A stretch of 57,018 bases of DNA from Octopus bimaculoides (Eukaryota), in NCBI RefSeq assembly GCF_001194135.2, contig NC_068992.1, forward strand, positions 14,023,066 through 14,080,083, in the 5' to 3' direction. Both the position numbers and the translations under genes were made by a program. The notes under the pieces are model-generated. The model was not told the DNA's origin. It saw only the letters and a program-made list of their open reading frames with translations, and ran no database searches. Positions 38,303-53,406 of the stretch are shown here, one piece after another (the first letter of the stretch is position 1; the number at the start of each line of letters is the position of its first letter).

Positions 38303-39334
38303 ACACATACAAGTTTTTGATACATACATGACCATATACAGAATCACGTTCTGACTGAATGGTAATATAGAAAATATATTTTTGTGACGTTTACACTATA
38401 TATGATTAAATATGTATAAATTAAAAAGAAAGTCCATAGAAACAAACATATAAACTCTAAAATCTGACATGATCAATATTGACACACATCCGAAAACACT
38501 ATGGTAGGTTATATGTATATCCGTATGTCTGTATCTGGAAAAGGTCTTCCTATATGATGCGTAAATTCTCTCTTTCATGCTCTGACCCCCACTAGCTCTC
38601 TCTCTCTCTCTTTCTTTCACTCATTCATTATTTTTCTCCCTCTCTATCAGGCTGTATATCATTTACCTTTGTTTTATTCATTTTTTTTGTAATGCATGTC
38701 TCAAATCAGAGTGATATTTCAGATGTTTAAGTTTAAAGGTGGTGATTAAATAACAACCAAATACGTATGCAATGCAACGAAGCGATGGGTTTTCGATATT
38801 TGTTACAATGAAGCTGCTTTCTTTGTGGACGCCATTTATATTGAATGATATCCTTGAATTTCATTTGAATACATGCCAGAAGCGTTGAATGTAACGGATT
38901 TTATAGATTTATGCATTTATTTAATTATTTATCCTGTTATTTGTTTTAAGTATATTTCAGTGGTAGTCTTTTGAATGTTATTGACATAAAATCATGGGAA
39001 ATAAAACATTGGTGACCTTTTTAGAACTAAATTTTTTGAATATTTAAATACATATTCTTTTGTGTAGAGAGTTTTATTTTCATTTTAATGTCATTTATAT
39101 GTCGGGAATTGAAAGCAAATATCGTCGCAAGCTATATTAAGGAATATATAATTTACCGATTGTTTCAGTTTCCAATACGGGTTCGTTACTCAATGAATTC
39201 GCTTATCCTGCTCCCCCTAATATTATCAAAACTTGAAAATTATGCATATCGCAACATTCCAATAATCACTTCACCAAAAATATGCCAGTGTACAAGGTTC
39301 AAATCAGTATATTTATAACAATAATAATTATTAT

Positions 39335-40645
39335 CATTAATATTTATTGTCTTTGCACAGCTTCTCTCGCTGGAGATACTACGGTGCCAATTGTTCACTA
39401 CCAGTGAACTAGGGTAACTCCTCACTTTTCGAGCACCATTGACAGTATTCAAGCCGTTCCAAGCAGTACTGGTTTCTGCAAGTGTTCCACCCTTATTGCA
39501 ACCCCTATTTGTTCCATGTACTTCTCTAGACTTTTACTCACACTTCCCAGGGTTCCGACAATTGTTGGTACAATTATCACCTTTTTCATCGACCACAACT
39601 GCTTAACTTCCTAATCTGACCTGTCATATCTAACGACTTTGCTTTCTTGCTTATCACATACCTTGTCAGCCGGGCATGCTATATCTATGATCCAGCATAG
39701 CTTGCTTTCTTTCTCAATTAACACTATGTCGGGCTTCCTATTCTTTATCTCATGGTTGCACTAAATCATAAAATCCTATAGGATCTTTGCATTTCTATTT
39801 TCGATGATGCCTTCGTACCACATAAGTTCGTACCACATAAGTTCGTACCACATTTTTGCTCTCTCAAGTCCATACTTGTTGCAAAGACAACCCTTGCTAT
39901 ATTGTCATGACGTATTTTATATTCCTTCTGGGCTAGTAGCATACATTGGCTGGTAATATGCCATACGGTTTCACCATTGTGTCCACAAATTCTGCACTTA
40001 TCACTTTCTGATGTGTTGTCTATTCTATATTTGATGTAATTCGTTCTTAGTGCTTGCTCTTGGGCAGCACAGATGAGAGCTTCTGTTTCTGGTTTTAAAT
40101 CACTTTTAGTTATCCATAGCCATCTTTTTTCTCCGTCTGTCTTCTTATCTTCATTGCAATCTTCCATTCTACACAAACATGAGCTCCCTACTTCCAATAA
40201 TTGTGGTTCTGTGGCATTTTTTATACACCATGCTATGTTGTTCTCTTCTGCTCTAACACTGATTGGATGCACTGTTCGCATCCAATCAGCTCTCTTCCCC
40301 TCTTTTTCTTGATACAAACAGCCTGTCTGTGTCACTTTTTGGGTAGAGTATCCCATATCTAGTCAGCAGCTTCCTTCTGTTTAAGCTGTTTAGTTAGTCT
40401 ACTGTCCATGCCATTACCCTTGCTCCATATCTAAGGAAACCGCCCAATTATATTCCGTTCGTTTACCTTCTACTAAAGTATCGGTCTCAGTCTGCGCAAA
40501 TATTCCACCTTAAATTTTTCTGTTATTTCTTTCTCCATGAATTTATCCATTTCCAATATCCCCAAGTTCTTATAGCTCGTCTCTTCTATCTGCTTCATAA
40601 CCTTCCCCGACGGTATCACTAATCCGTCTAAACATCTGATATTTA
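39335..40645 (-). mobile_element. Second R4/Dong-type LINE, 5'-truncated, with 3' UTR
   Basis: YKNLGILE, EYLRRLR, AQEQALRTNY, CRICGHNGETVWHITSQC, RKPDIVLI..IIDIACP and IVGTLGSV. The 5' end joins (TAA)/(TAG) repeats and the 3' end is followed by AT-rich aataat. Confidence 0.9.
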
Positions 40646-40654
40646 TCATTATTA

Positions 40655-40680
40655 TCGCTACCACTACTACTGCTACTATA

Positions 40681-40714
<34 letters not shown>

Positions 40715-40780
40715 TTATTACTAATGTTGCTATTGCTACCACTGCTGCTACTGCTTCTACTATGACTACTACAACTACAG
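40655..40780 (+). repeat. (ACT)n-type microsatellite at the LINE 5' junction
   Basis: Seen directly. Confidence 0.9.
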
Positions 40781-40964
40781 ACAAACGACCGCTCGGAGAG
40801 CTCAAGGGAATCATGTATCCATATCAAATAATGTCTCAGTTCAGTTTCTTGAAGTGGAGGATGGTGTGCGCATGCGTCATATTTTCTAATACATTGGATA
40901 GTTGGATTCGTTGTTCCGCACATATTATAGTTTGTGTGAGTGTATGCTTGAATGCATGTGAAAC

Positions 40965-41390
40965 TTTAATAGGGCTAGCAATTTCGCTGGATGGGTAAGT
41001 CGATTACATCGACCCCAGCGTTCAGTTGGTTCTTATTTTCTCGACCTCGAAAGGATGAAAAGCAAAGTCTACCTCCGTGAAATTTGAACTTAGAATGTAA
41101 TTGCGGGAAAAATGCCGCCAACCTTTTTGCCGACGTCCTAACGATTTTGTCGGGTCACGATTCTATAACGGACGTAAAATATGGATTTTAAATTGCGGAA
41201 CAAGGCCATTAATTTAGAGGGAGGGGGAAAGTCGATTACACCGGCTCCTGTTCTCAACCGGCACTTATTTTATCGATTCCGAAAGGATCAAATGTAAATC
41301 GACCTCAGCAGAATTCGAACCTAGAACGTAAGATAACGAAATGCCGTTGGGTATTTTGCCCAGCGCGTTCTAACGATTTTGCCAGCTTGC
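40965..41390 (-). mobile_element. Two tandem family A SINEs (about 40965-41160 and 41185-41390)
   Basis: The core motif occurs twice. Confidence 0.8.
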
Positions 41391-41853
41391 CATCTTGAAA
41401 CAGAGATATGATAATAAAGTCACAAGAGACATAGATTTCGCTGCCATTTGGTTATTTCTGTGTGCGAGAGAAACATACAGAGAGCGAGAGAGAGGGGGGG
41501 GGAACGACAGAGAAAGAGCGGAAACGAGAGCGAGAAAGAAGAGAGAGAAAGTGAAAAAGAGAGAGAGAGAGAGGGAATTTGTGTGCAAACAGGTTTTAGT
41601 GTCTGTGTGTTCGTTACAAGGTAGTAGTTAAAGTGTCTTTAAGATAGCTGAACTACTACTTGTGTGAGTCTGTATCTATCTTTTCTTGCGTATGTATCTC
41701 TGTTCGAGTGCTGAATATGTGTGATATAGTCGTTTGTTAGTATTTTAACGTGTGATACGTAAACGTTTGCACTACGTATTGGCGAGGAAATGCTGAAGGA
41801 TTTGTTGTCAATGATGGTTTTGGTGCCTATTTAATTTATATTTATATAAATAG

Positions 41854-41959
<106 letters not shown>

Positions 41960-42052
41960 TTATTGTTTGTGCGTGTTAGTGCAGATGTATGTGTGTATCT
42001 TTTGCATTCGTGCGTGTGTGTAGTCGGCGTGGCCTGATATCTTTTATTACTT

Positions 42053-42200
42053 TAAGGAGGTGAGCTTGCAGAATCATTAGCACGCTGAGCAGAATGTTTA
42101 GCAACATTTCGTCTGCCTGAGTTCAAATTCTGCCGAGGTTCACTTTGCTTTTCATCCTTTTGAGGTCGATAAATAAGTACCAGTTGAGTACTGGGGGATG
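42053..42200 (+). mobile_element. SINE family A, 3'-truncated
   Basis: Head gaggtgagcttgcagaatc, B-box gagttcaaattc, core. Confidence 0.8.
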
Positions 42201-42503
42201 TGTCCGTGTAGACACACTTCTGTGTTTATATGGAAATGACTCGTGTATATTGCGCGTACACAGGGGTTATGTTGTGGTTTCAGTGCATGGGTATGTACTT
42301 ATAATTGCCACTGTGGAGATCAGAGTACGCTCATCATCTCAACAAGAACCGGGAAACGGATAAGCTATCAACAGCGCCTTTTGTTACTGAGAAACATAGA
42401 CACTCGATATAATGCGGGCATTACGCCCTGATTTGATCCATAGACTTCTTACCTCTACACGCAGTACATTCTATATGTGTGTATGTGTATCTGTGTGTAC
42501 TTG

Positions 42504-42535
<32 letters not shown>

Positions 42536-43257
42536 NNNNNNNNNNNNNNNNNNNNNNNNNNNNNNNNNNNNNNNNNNNNNNNNNNNNNNNNNNNNNNNNN
42601 NNNNNNNNNNNNNNNNNNNNNNNNNNNNNNNNNNNNNNNNNNNNNNNNNNNNNNNNNNNNNNNNNNNNNNNNNNNNNNNNNNNNNNNGCTGATTCTGTTC
42701 TATAATCGCAGCATTTTATAAAATATTCATTTTGATAGATTGTAAGTCCATCATTTTGGGAGGAACACTTCAGACAATTAATCAAAGAATAAATGAATAA
42801 ATAAATTATTATCAAAGAATATACGTGCTATGGATGATTTCTTCTGTTAAAACATTCATGGCAATTATATCCGACAAAAGGAAGTAATTTTCTTAAACTA
42901 AGATTCAATTGACTTCGCAAGTTTACAAAGATAATTTTAGATTGATTATTTATGTAAATATTATTTTCATTTCATTTGCTTTAGTGTTTAGAATTCTAAG
43001 TACAGTGGTTTCTGAAAAGCTAACGCGTTTCCCTATGGTGTGTGAAATTCTAAACATATTTCTAGCAGCATGTGGAAGCCACTTCTTTGCATGTTACTTT
43101 AATACCATCATTTTGTCACTCTTTCTTTCTTAATTCTGCAGTATCTTCTTTCTTCTAACCAATGAATGACCTCTAGCAGCGTTGGTTGTTCTGCGAGGAA
43201 AATCTACAAACTACTCGTTAAAATATATTCATCCCTCTCAAACAATAAATAATCTTC

Positions 43258-43455
43258 AATTGGTACTCCGTCGGTTACGACGAGGATTCCAGTTGATTCA
43301 GTCAACGGAACAGCCTGCTCGTGAAATTAACGTGCAAGTTGCTGAGCACTCCACAGACATGTGCACCCTTAACGTAGTTCTCGGGGAGATTCAGCGCGAC
43401 ACAGAGTGTCACAAGGCTGGCCCTTTGAAAAACAGGAACTACTCATTTTTGCCAG
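43258..43455 (-). mobile_element. SINE family C, 3' part
   Basis: Reverse complement of 31790-31950. Confidence 0.8.
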
Positions 43456-44159
43456 CTGAGTAGATCTACTGAATGATATAAGCCTAGATCGTGCTGGGAA
43501 AAATCGAGGCATAGTTTGTTTATATTGACTCCAGCACTTGTCTAGTGCTTCCATTTGTCGGCTTCCAAAGGACGAATGTGAAATATGAACTGGAAACGAA
43601 ATGAACCAGAAGAAAAATCAAATAACTTTTTATTCCAACATTGTAATGACTCAGCCAATTCAGCACCAAATATCCTCTGAAATTTAGTACGAGGTCAACA
43701 GGGCTTTGCCCATTTAAACTAATCAACTACTGGAGTAGTCCTTTAGTTTTTCGATCTTGGATGAATGAAAGGCTAAGTTGATCTCAATAGGATTTGAACT
43801 CAGAATCAAAAGAGTCGGAACAGATGGAACACAGTTTTCAAGCAACTTTCTATAAACGTGTGCAAGTATTGCTGCTAAGTTTCTTACATAAACGAAGCTC
43901 TTTGTGGTTCAAATATATTTTAATCCAGTAATTCCTGTATCGATATTTTATTACTTGTCAAATTAAGTTTCAATTTAAATTCGATGTAGCTTCTGATGTT
44001 TGATTTGTCTGTAAATTCCTTCACCACCGAATTTCACGTTGAAGATTTACACAGTTTTCTAGCTAATTCGGTTAACTTTCGGTTTTTCAGAGTCAGCTTG
44101 CGACACGCTCTTACGATTGCGCCAATCCAGTCTTAATTAACATCTTTCAACATAGATAC

Positions 44160-44340
44160 ATTTGCCCAAGTTTGGGGAAAGGGATAATAGGTTAAATTGT
44201 CCTTAGTACTTCATTAGTATTTTTAATCAATTCTCAAAGAACTTACGGCAAAAATGACTTCTTTAAGATTTGAACTCAGAATTTAAAACCCAAAACAAAT
44301 ACCTAAAGACATTTCATCCGATGCCTTAACCATTCTGCAG
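44160..44340 (-). mobile_element. Old, degenerate family A SINE
   Basis: Contains gatttgaactcagaa and catttcatccgatgccttaaccattctgc. Confidence 0.45.
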
Positions 44341-47300
44341 TAATTATAAACATATATACGTAAAATTCGTCATTCCTTTTTTGTGTTGCTGTTGTAAGCA
44401 GTTATAGGAATTCTTGTTGCTTTTAGCGCATCAATATAATCTTCTTGAGGATTCTGTTAAAATATTTTTAGTTAGTGTTTCACATGGAAAATAATATTAC
44501 ACTAGATTTTTCAGGGTGTTTTTTTAATATTTTTTTTCTTCAAATAAGATTTAGAATTTGCTGAATATGATAAAACATTTTCTTTCTTCTTTTATTGTTA
44601 TCTTTTTTTTCTTCATTCATTTTGTATTTCTTTTAGATAAGAGAAAGTGAAACAGTAAAATATTTGCTTGGAAGATTAAAAAGGCTTCTCCTTCGTTAAA
44701 TACATACTACAGGGTAATTTAGACATTAAAATGGAATATTTTTATAAACGTCTTTACAATGACATGCAGGAAGAGAAACCAAAATACGAACAGAAAATAA
44801 ACAATGGGATTCTCACCAGCCCTCTACACTTCGTGCTTAAAGAATGGGTTAGGATAAATATTTAGTTATTCTACACGTAATTGTAATGAATAACAGCAAT
44901 ACCTGTCATAATCGTTTTTATTTTTACTTCAAAGAACGAGGATTAGTGGAGGATGTCATTTGTTTACCTTTTGCAAATGCTTTATCAGAGTAAATTAAAA
45001 TATTACGGCCGGCGGAATTTCAATGCCACATTTTGTTTCATTTTTTGTTTCGCTGTAATGAGCAATTTATAATTGAAAGCTTCCCAAAAAGAACAATAAA
45101 ATCTTTTTATAGTTATACAGAACTGAATTATCTGATATATCCTCTTTTTATACGAGAGTGTAGTGATTGATCTGAGAGATATTTGGATGTTTTTAATAGG
45201 TAGAACGATAAGTTAGAGCTTCAGTTTGCCGATATCTTTTATGCAAGAACAATATGTACCACACTTTTTAAAATGAAATATTTCATAATGGACTACGTTT
45301 TCTTTATTTCTTCTATGTTTTGAATACAAATCATATTAAGGAAAACTTTAAACTTCATACTTGATGAATGTGATAACATAAAGATAACTTCATTTTCGAT
45401 ATTGTCTTGAGGATTCTGATAAGCACAGTATAGTACTAGCAACTGATGTAATCCAATCGTCGGAAAATAAAATCAGACAGAATTCACAAATAATTCTACA
45501 TGATGAATACAGCTCCTTTCGTAAGTAGACAATAGTTATCGATGTTTAATTTATCAATTTTACTCCCTCTAAATGTATGTAGGTTTCACTGCTAAGTTAC
45601 TAGCGTTAAGGAGGGTCTTCGTTGTAGAGCATTCCCTTAATCAATACTAATTATGAGATTTCTAAATTTTATTTTGATCTCATTCGATTGTTTCGGTTCA
45701 TTGTAAACATCTTTAACTTCAAATAGTATATAGAAGACCTGAACGATTTTCTAGCTACTTCAATGAAAGTCCAAATTTTTAAAACATCATAAACGGCTGT
45801 TGAGACCACCACGCTGCAAAACCGATTTAATATTCCGCTGAAGATAGATTTTTAATGTAAACAGATATACCCCATTGTGGGTAAACAAGATATTATAGTG
45901 TTCACACTCATTTGAATATGAGGGAAAAAGCTTATATGTCTGATTTGCCATACCGAAAAATGCTAAGAAGTATTTGATCAGCGGAGAAACGAGTTCATGG
46001 CAGAAATGCAGAAAGCAAAATATACGCAATAGGCTGCGGGTACCCACTTGAGGTGAAGCATTAACTCCGACTCTGTATCAAAGTTAAAGCCCGTCATGCA
46101 AGGGTAGTAGAGTCTGGGAAAGCATGAAGATGGAATGGTAGATTTATTGTTCGAAAGATATGAAGGAAAATTCTCGATATGAATTATAGTGTGTTGATTT
46201 ATAACGACGAACGATGTAGTGATGAAACATCAATAATTACTTCCATTTTCGGATATTATTTTATAATCGATTAGGACTCCACCGGATTGTTAATTGTTGT
46301 TTCTGGATTCAAACTCTAGACATGAACTGATGTAACTAAATTCCACAAAGGTATATTTCCGATAAATAATATTATTTTGTATTTTACAAGACATCGTTTA
46401 TTAGAGACGAAAATATTGTGAAACGCTTTATCCGAACAAAAACGTTTTATTTTGTCATCATAACATATTAAAACCAAGATTGCATCAGAATAAGTGTTCT
46501 TCCATGACGTAGTCTCACTGATATTTTCGGCTTCTAATCTCTCTTTGGATATTTATTCTTTCACACCGTTTCTTAATCATGTTTCTGTTACACAGCGATT
46601 ATTTGAAAACATTAAATCAGTAAAAAACTTTGTTGAAATGTCTGCTCGACGCCGATCATAAAATACTTGACCTTACTTTAATAATAATCTTAAAATGCAA
46701 TCGGCAAATGTTCAACATACTATTTAATTCTACTGACTTTCAGTATAAAACACTTTTAAAAGCCATGTGTAAACGTATTACGTATGTTCGTGTGTATTTC
46801 TCACCTGAACTTGTTATTGCAACAAGCTTTTAGTAACGAAAGTATATATTTCTATATTTTTGATTGCATATGTGCGTATAGGTATGTAGACATGCGGACA
46901 TATTTCTGTGTGCATACTATATATGGAACATATTTTGCCTCTGCATATATATANNNNNNNNNNNNNNNNNNNNNNNNNNNNNNNNNNNNNNNNNNNNNNN
47001 NNNNNNNNNNNNNNNNNNNNNNNNNNNNNNNNNNNNNNNNNNNATATATATACATACATACATACATACATACATACATACATACATACATACATTGGCA
47101 AAAACATATGTATACACACATACATACACCTACACACATACACACGCATACACGCTTATCTGATGCAGTTTTTACAAAGTTACTTAAATGATGTTGCCAT
47201 TAGAGATATTCAAATATTGTGTTGCATACATTACGTAGAGTTTGACAGTTATTTGTGTATAGCTTATGTATGGAAAAATGTCTGTCTGCTAGAAATGTGT

Positions 47301-47938
47301 GTATTCAAGAAATGCGCTGTGTATTTAGTTTATGACTGGTAAATTTATATTTGAATTGTTCATGGGACTCAAACCTAAAGAGTTGTTGATATCAAGCACA
47401 ACGACTTTGCTCTTAGTGCTGTCATCGCAATGGCGAAATATTACATGTATTCACTAAGAGTAATCGGAAACTGTGACAATCGATTACCTTGATTATGATA
47501 CGCACGGCTGATAATACACAGCACATGAGATTTTGTTCGCTTAGGTATATTACTTAACAAAAAACATGTTGCTCTTATTGTTGTTGCTCATCTTCAACAT
47601 TAGGTGGTCCCTGACTGCAAATGCCAGTGAAGGGCGTTCTAGTCATAATGATCCTATCATAATATTCATATATACTGTATCCACGACTACATTATCTTAT
47701 GTGACATCCTTTTTTTCTATAGGACCATTTACGATTGCAGAATATCTGGCTGCTATTTCTGATCCGTTAAGCAAACATCTTCTATAGTTGCTCTCATGGG
47801 TTGAAAATTAACGATTTGGTGAGCGACGATTTTTTTCATTGTTAGCCCTTTTTCCTTGACTTTCTTTAATCCCTATAAGCTGATGTGGTGCTAATTTATT
47901 CTGGTGAGTACTTTTAATGAGTTCCTGCCATCAAGGTG

Positions 47939-48011
47939 GCGCCTATGATGCAATGGATAGCGTGTCTGGTTATGGATCAGAAGATTCCTGGTTCGAATTT
48001 TGGCGAGCACG
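47939..48011 (+). pseudogene. tRNA-Arg(ACG) pseudogene; anticodon now reads ATG
   Basis: 73 nt, with GCAATGGATA D-loop and TCTG.TTATGGATCAGAAGATTCC.GGTTCGAAT matching eukaryotic tRNA-Arg(ACG). The acceptor and T stems are broken. Confidence 0.8.
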
Positions 48012-48809
48012 TAGACAAGAAAATATTTTAAACCTGCGAGGTGTACATGTGGGTGTTTCTAGATAACGTTTGGACAATTTTTTAATTAAGGCAGTAGAGG
48101 AATCCATATCGCGGCAGGAAATACAAAGATCTGAAGCTGTGTCCATTTCGCTACTCCACGAGAGACAGTTCCGGAGAGAAAACTGGCAAGAAAGTGTGAA
48201 ATAAAAACCAATCACTGAAGACGGTACTCCAGCAAGGTCACAGCCGCTGGCTGAAACCAATAAGAATAGCTAAGCAGTTCGTTATAATGTGAATGCTTGA
48301 GGGTTTGTGCAGTTAACAAAATGTGTATTCAAGAAAATAACAACCAGCTGGTGACCATTCTTCTTCATTCTATTCTTCCTGAAGCAATTTTAATTTAGGT
48401 CACAAAATAAACATTTCTAAATTTATGTAGCACACTCTTGACTACCCGTGTCGAGTTGCACTACAAATTGCCGACGACATATTTTTGGTTCGATTAACTG
48501 GGAGAACAAGTATTTTGGTCAGCATAAATAGGGCTACGACATACAAACTTTCGAATCGTAGAATTTTTGTCTAAAACCAAATCAATTAAACCAGATATGA
48601 TCCTCAAGTTGTTTATCCATGTTCGTTAAATTGTTTTCACTTGGTAGTTTTCCTTCAACAGTTCAGGTTCCTTTCTCTTGTTGAAACAATTATTGAATTT
48701 CATCAGTGCTGGTTATAAAAGAATATTTTCTCCAATACTTTAGAGTTCTTGAATCTCATATTCTTCTTTATTATCGTTTAGTATTATTTTCCACTCCGCA
48801 TTTTTGTGG

Positions 48810-48850
<41 letters not shown>

Positions 48851-51164
48851 GATGTGTGTGTGTGTGTGCGTGTGTGTGTGTGTTTTGTTCTTAAATTTTC
48901 AAAAACATTTTTGCAGAACAGCAAGAACTGTGTTTTATAAATTGAAATAGCATATTTTATTGAAGGATAACACATTACTTTCGTATAATTATTTTATTTT
49001 CATTTCTGATTATATTCAAATGCAACAATATAACAAACAGATACTAGAAATAATTTTTATTTTGCCAAACTGCTTCCATTTCTTCCTCTCCTTTTTTATC
49101 TTTTTGTATAATTTTTGAAATGGAGATTAACATTACTGTTCACATAAAATGCGATTTGAGGAAGAATCGTTATAAACAATATGCCTTAAATCATCTAAAT
49201 CGAGATGAGATTGCTGTTCTTGTCATTGCGGTTGTTGTTGTTGCTTCTTTTGTTGTTACTGTTGTTGTTGATGTTGTATTGATAGTCATGATGATGATAA
49301 GGAGGAGGAGCAAGAGGCGGGCAACGACGACAGTGATGATCGCGATAATGATGGCGGTAGTTGTGCTGGGTTGTGGGTGACGTTAATGATGTTTGCGATG
49401 GTGGTGGCAGTCGTAATGGCGAAGATGGTGATAATGACGACAGCCTCATCATTCTTGCTGTTATTACATATTACTAAAACTACTATTCTGAATTTTCACT
49501 TTCTGTACTATATTGCTTTATGTCTTTTTATTTCTTTATCGCTTTGTTTTGGCTTTTTTTCTGTATTTTTTTTTTTGTGTGTTTGTTTTTGGTTGGTTTT
49601 TTTTTTTTTAGTATACCACTAAAATAAAATATTCTTTTGGTATAGTTGAATATCAGTTTTTTATTAATCTATCAAATTTTCTATCTGATATTCCATCAAA
49701 ATAATAAAATTTCATTTTAAGATCGGTAAAACATTTCCTAAATATCTTTGTTTGTTTTTATGTTATTATAAGTGTGCGTCATTCTAAGAAGTCACAATCC
49801 TCAGGAATATATAATACACAATCCTAAAAGGAATTTCGATTGCAGCTGATGACTTTTCACTTCAGTAAGAGCATTAAAGTCATGGGTTCGATCTTAAGTC
49901 GCACGCAATTCTATCATCTCTGAGCTGAATTTTACATATGTCTAAGGAAACAACTAAAGCCGTCAGTAGCAAGCGAGCTTGGATAGCTACGATGTTGTAA
50001 AAATGTTCGGTAAAAGTTATCATAATTTCGCCTATTGTTTTAAGTGCTTATGTAATCTCGAGCAAACAGAGATACTCTATCGGTCATTCCAGCCGTGAGC
50101 CAAGTGTAATAACCATCATGTGAGCAGGAGTGGTTTACGCCATGTCTCGCCTAGTATTCGATGCGGTTGAGTAGACTTGGGTAGACACTTTTATCTTTTA
50201 TTTGTTTCAGTCGTTGAAACGCGTATTCAGAAATTTTAATCAGACGAATTGACTCAAGTACTTATTGCTTATTGTTTTGAAGCATGGTATTTATTCTAAA
50301 GGTTAAACATATGTACGCATGCGTACAAAACCCACTTTTCCCGTCGTAGGCTTATATACCCCAATATTAGACTATTTTAAAGTTTAGTTCAGACACTCAC
50401 TCCATCTCTTCATCCATCCCGCTTTCTAATACTAATTTATCAGGCCTTATTTTCTTATTTTACTGCTTCACTTTCTCCCTAACATGTTTCTTTTTGTAGT
50501 CTAACCCTCTTTTTTCCACTCTTAGTCTATCTTCTCCCTCGCTTCCAACCACAAAATAATCTACTCTACACTTCGACCAACAAACATTATTTTTTCTTAT
50601 GCAAACATCGTTTCTGCGAAAAGTTGTCTGATGTTTGGTTATAAGGTGAGTTTATTCTTTAAAACTCACTGGTTGAATAAACCGTTAACGGCGAAATTCG
50701 GGCTGATGTTAATCTAATATCATCTATAGCTTCTACTCTACAAAATGTATAGAAAGCCCCTTCAGCCAATATCTTGCTGTTTTTCATTAACTCTTTGAAC
50801 AGCATTAAACAACACATATACAATATTAATATTGCTTCTGAGGCTAATATTTACGTTTTCATAAGCCTACTGGTGATTTGCTATGTCAGTGTTTGAAAAG
50901 ACACTGTTATTCCATATATCCTTGGCAGCTAGATTTGGCTGGTATGCAGTAATCGGACGCCTGAGATTGAAAACCTAGCAATACTGGCATTATACCAGAC
51001 GATTCACGTCTGCTACGATATATATCTATGCTTTTATATACCTTGCGTCTGTATGAGAAGACCGCCGAAAGAAAATACTACAGTATTCGCCCTTCTAACA
51101 ATACCTCCTCGTTAATTTGGGTAAAAAGATTGCCTTTTGGTACTTATACGGGAAGAATGGAAAT

Positions 51165-51201
51165 CTTTTACGCTTCGAGTCTACGCACTTCAACAGAAAA
51201 G
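51165..51201 (-). ncRNA. Degenerate hammerhead motif, family 1
   Basis: CUUUU/CUGUUGAA/GUGC-GUAG-ACUC/GAAG/CG/UA/AAAG; stem II is disrupted. Confidence 0.45.
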
Positions 51202-53100
51202 ATTAAGGGAAATGAAAAAAGAACGGGGAGAGAGAAAACTTTTTCGTAGGGATTAACGGTTCAACATGACGAAATAGCCAGAAGAAGGCGGCATGAAAGG
51301 GAAATAATTACGGTGACCCAGCCAAACGAATATATTCTCGCTTGCTCGTGCGTGTGTGCGTGCGTGCATGTATGAATGGGTATGAGTAACTGAGTACATA
51401 TGTGTGGGCGAGCTGAAAAATCTGTGTTCCTGTGTGCATGTGTGTAAGTAACCCAGTGCGTACATTATATGGAGAGATATCTGTTACCTGTACTGTTACA
51501 TGTATGCGTGCGGTTATAATTGATTTGCACTCCGGCAACTACAAACTGGAGACTGTGATATCCAAACAGATACGAACAAGTTCATTCTTATTAAAACAGT
51601 ATACGATGATCGTAATGCTTCATCGGGCTACAAATAATTGCATAAATAATTATGAGACAACATTTAATAAAATGAACGGATAAACAAAAGGAGAAAATAT
51701 TCCACGCTCCACAAGTCTACACAACAATATATACACATATATATATATATATGTATGTATAAATGTCACATTTAAAACGTTCGAGTACAAGTTCGACAAC
51801 TAGTTCCGGGAGAAAATTTTCTCCTGGCACTATTTCTGTAGCAGATGTTCTCAAATCAAGTTGTACTCAAACACTTTAAATATGAAAACACATACACAAA
51901 CACACATGCAAGTACACTCACACATTCACACACACAACACACATACAATATATATATACATATATACATATATACATNNNNNNNNNNNNNNNNNNNNNNN
52001 NNNNNNNNNNNNNNNNNNNNNNNNNNNNNNNNNNNNNNNNNNNNNNNNNNNNNNNNNNNNNNNNNNNNNNNNNNNNNNNNNNNNNNNNNNNNNNNNNNNN
52101 NNNNNNNNNNNNNNNNNNNNNNNNNNNNNNNNNNNNNNNNNNNNNNNNNNNNNNNNNNNNNNNNNNNNNNNNNNNNNNNNNNNNNNNNNNNNNNNNNNNN
52201 NNNNNNNNNNNNNNNNNNNNNNNNNNNNNNNNNNNNNNNNNNNNNNNNNNNNNNNNNNNNNNNNNNNNNNNNNNNTATATATATATTCATATTTATGTCT
52301 ATCTATCTGCATACATTTATATGAATGTTTTGTATGTGTATGTCTGTTTATATTCCGCCGAGGGAATGGTAAATAATTTAGAAATCTTAGAATATCCGAT
52401 ATCCGTATTTCTTTCATAACTTTAATATTAAACTAGATATTGTTAACAAAGTAAAAATGATCAAAGAATGAATACTTTTCCACTGTTTTACAAGCGTTGT
52501 GAATTATTAATCGAAAACAGATATATTTATAGAAATAGATAAATATGAAGATTAAACCATAATTCACAAAGGTAACACCATGTTGTTTGTAGCGTTTTTG
52601 TTTTCTTTTTCTTATTGTTTATTCTCTCTTACCGGTTTGAAGTTTATTAAATATATTTATAACAATTCATGCTTGAAAACCAAGTGGTGTAGTACTTATT
52701 CGAAATCAGTTCTCCTCAATTCATACATGTCCTCTGGCCATCAATAAGGCATATTCGTTTATATTATTACCATACTCGAGCAAGATTATCAAAAGATTCA
52801 TATAATTTCCAACCTGTAAAATATTGCTTACATTTAACTCTCCAAGACTTAAATTAACTAAGTTCGAACTTATTCCAAAGTATTTTATTCACATTTTTCT
52901 CAAACCAATTTTTATTATCGTCCTTATCTATCTCTCTTGTTCTATTTACAGGAAGAGTTCGATAACAACGCTATTTCTATTCTATAACGAAGTATTCTTC
53001 CTATTTCTATTCTGCATTTTTGTTTTCCATTTTTCTTCATCTCATGTTCTCTCTCTTTCTTTATTCTCTCAACTTATCTGTCACATACTTTCATTCAGAG

Positions 53101-53178
<78 letters not shown>

Positions 53179-53180
53179 CT

Positions 53181-53370
53181 TCTTTTATTTGCTTCAGTCA
53201 TCTGACTGCGGCCATGCTGGAGCGATACCCTTAGTTGCACAAATTGTCACCAGGGCTTATTCTTTGTAAGCCTAGTACTTATTCTATCGGTCTTTTTTGC
53301 CGAACCGCTAAGTTACGTGGATATAAACACACCAATACCGGTTGTCAAGCAGTGGAGAGAGACACAAATA

Positions 53371-53372
<2 letters not shown>
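53181..53372 (-). mobile_element. SINE family B, 3' part, between two (TA)n tracts
   Basis: Family B motifs, reverse complement. Confidence 0.85.
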
Positions 53373-53406
<34 letters not shown>

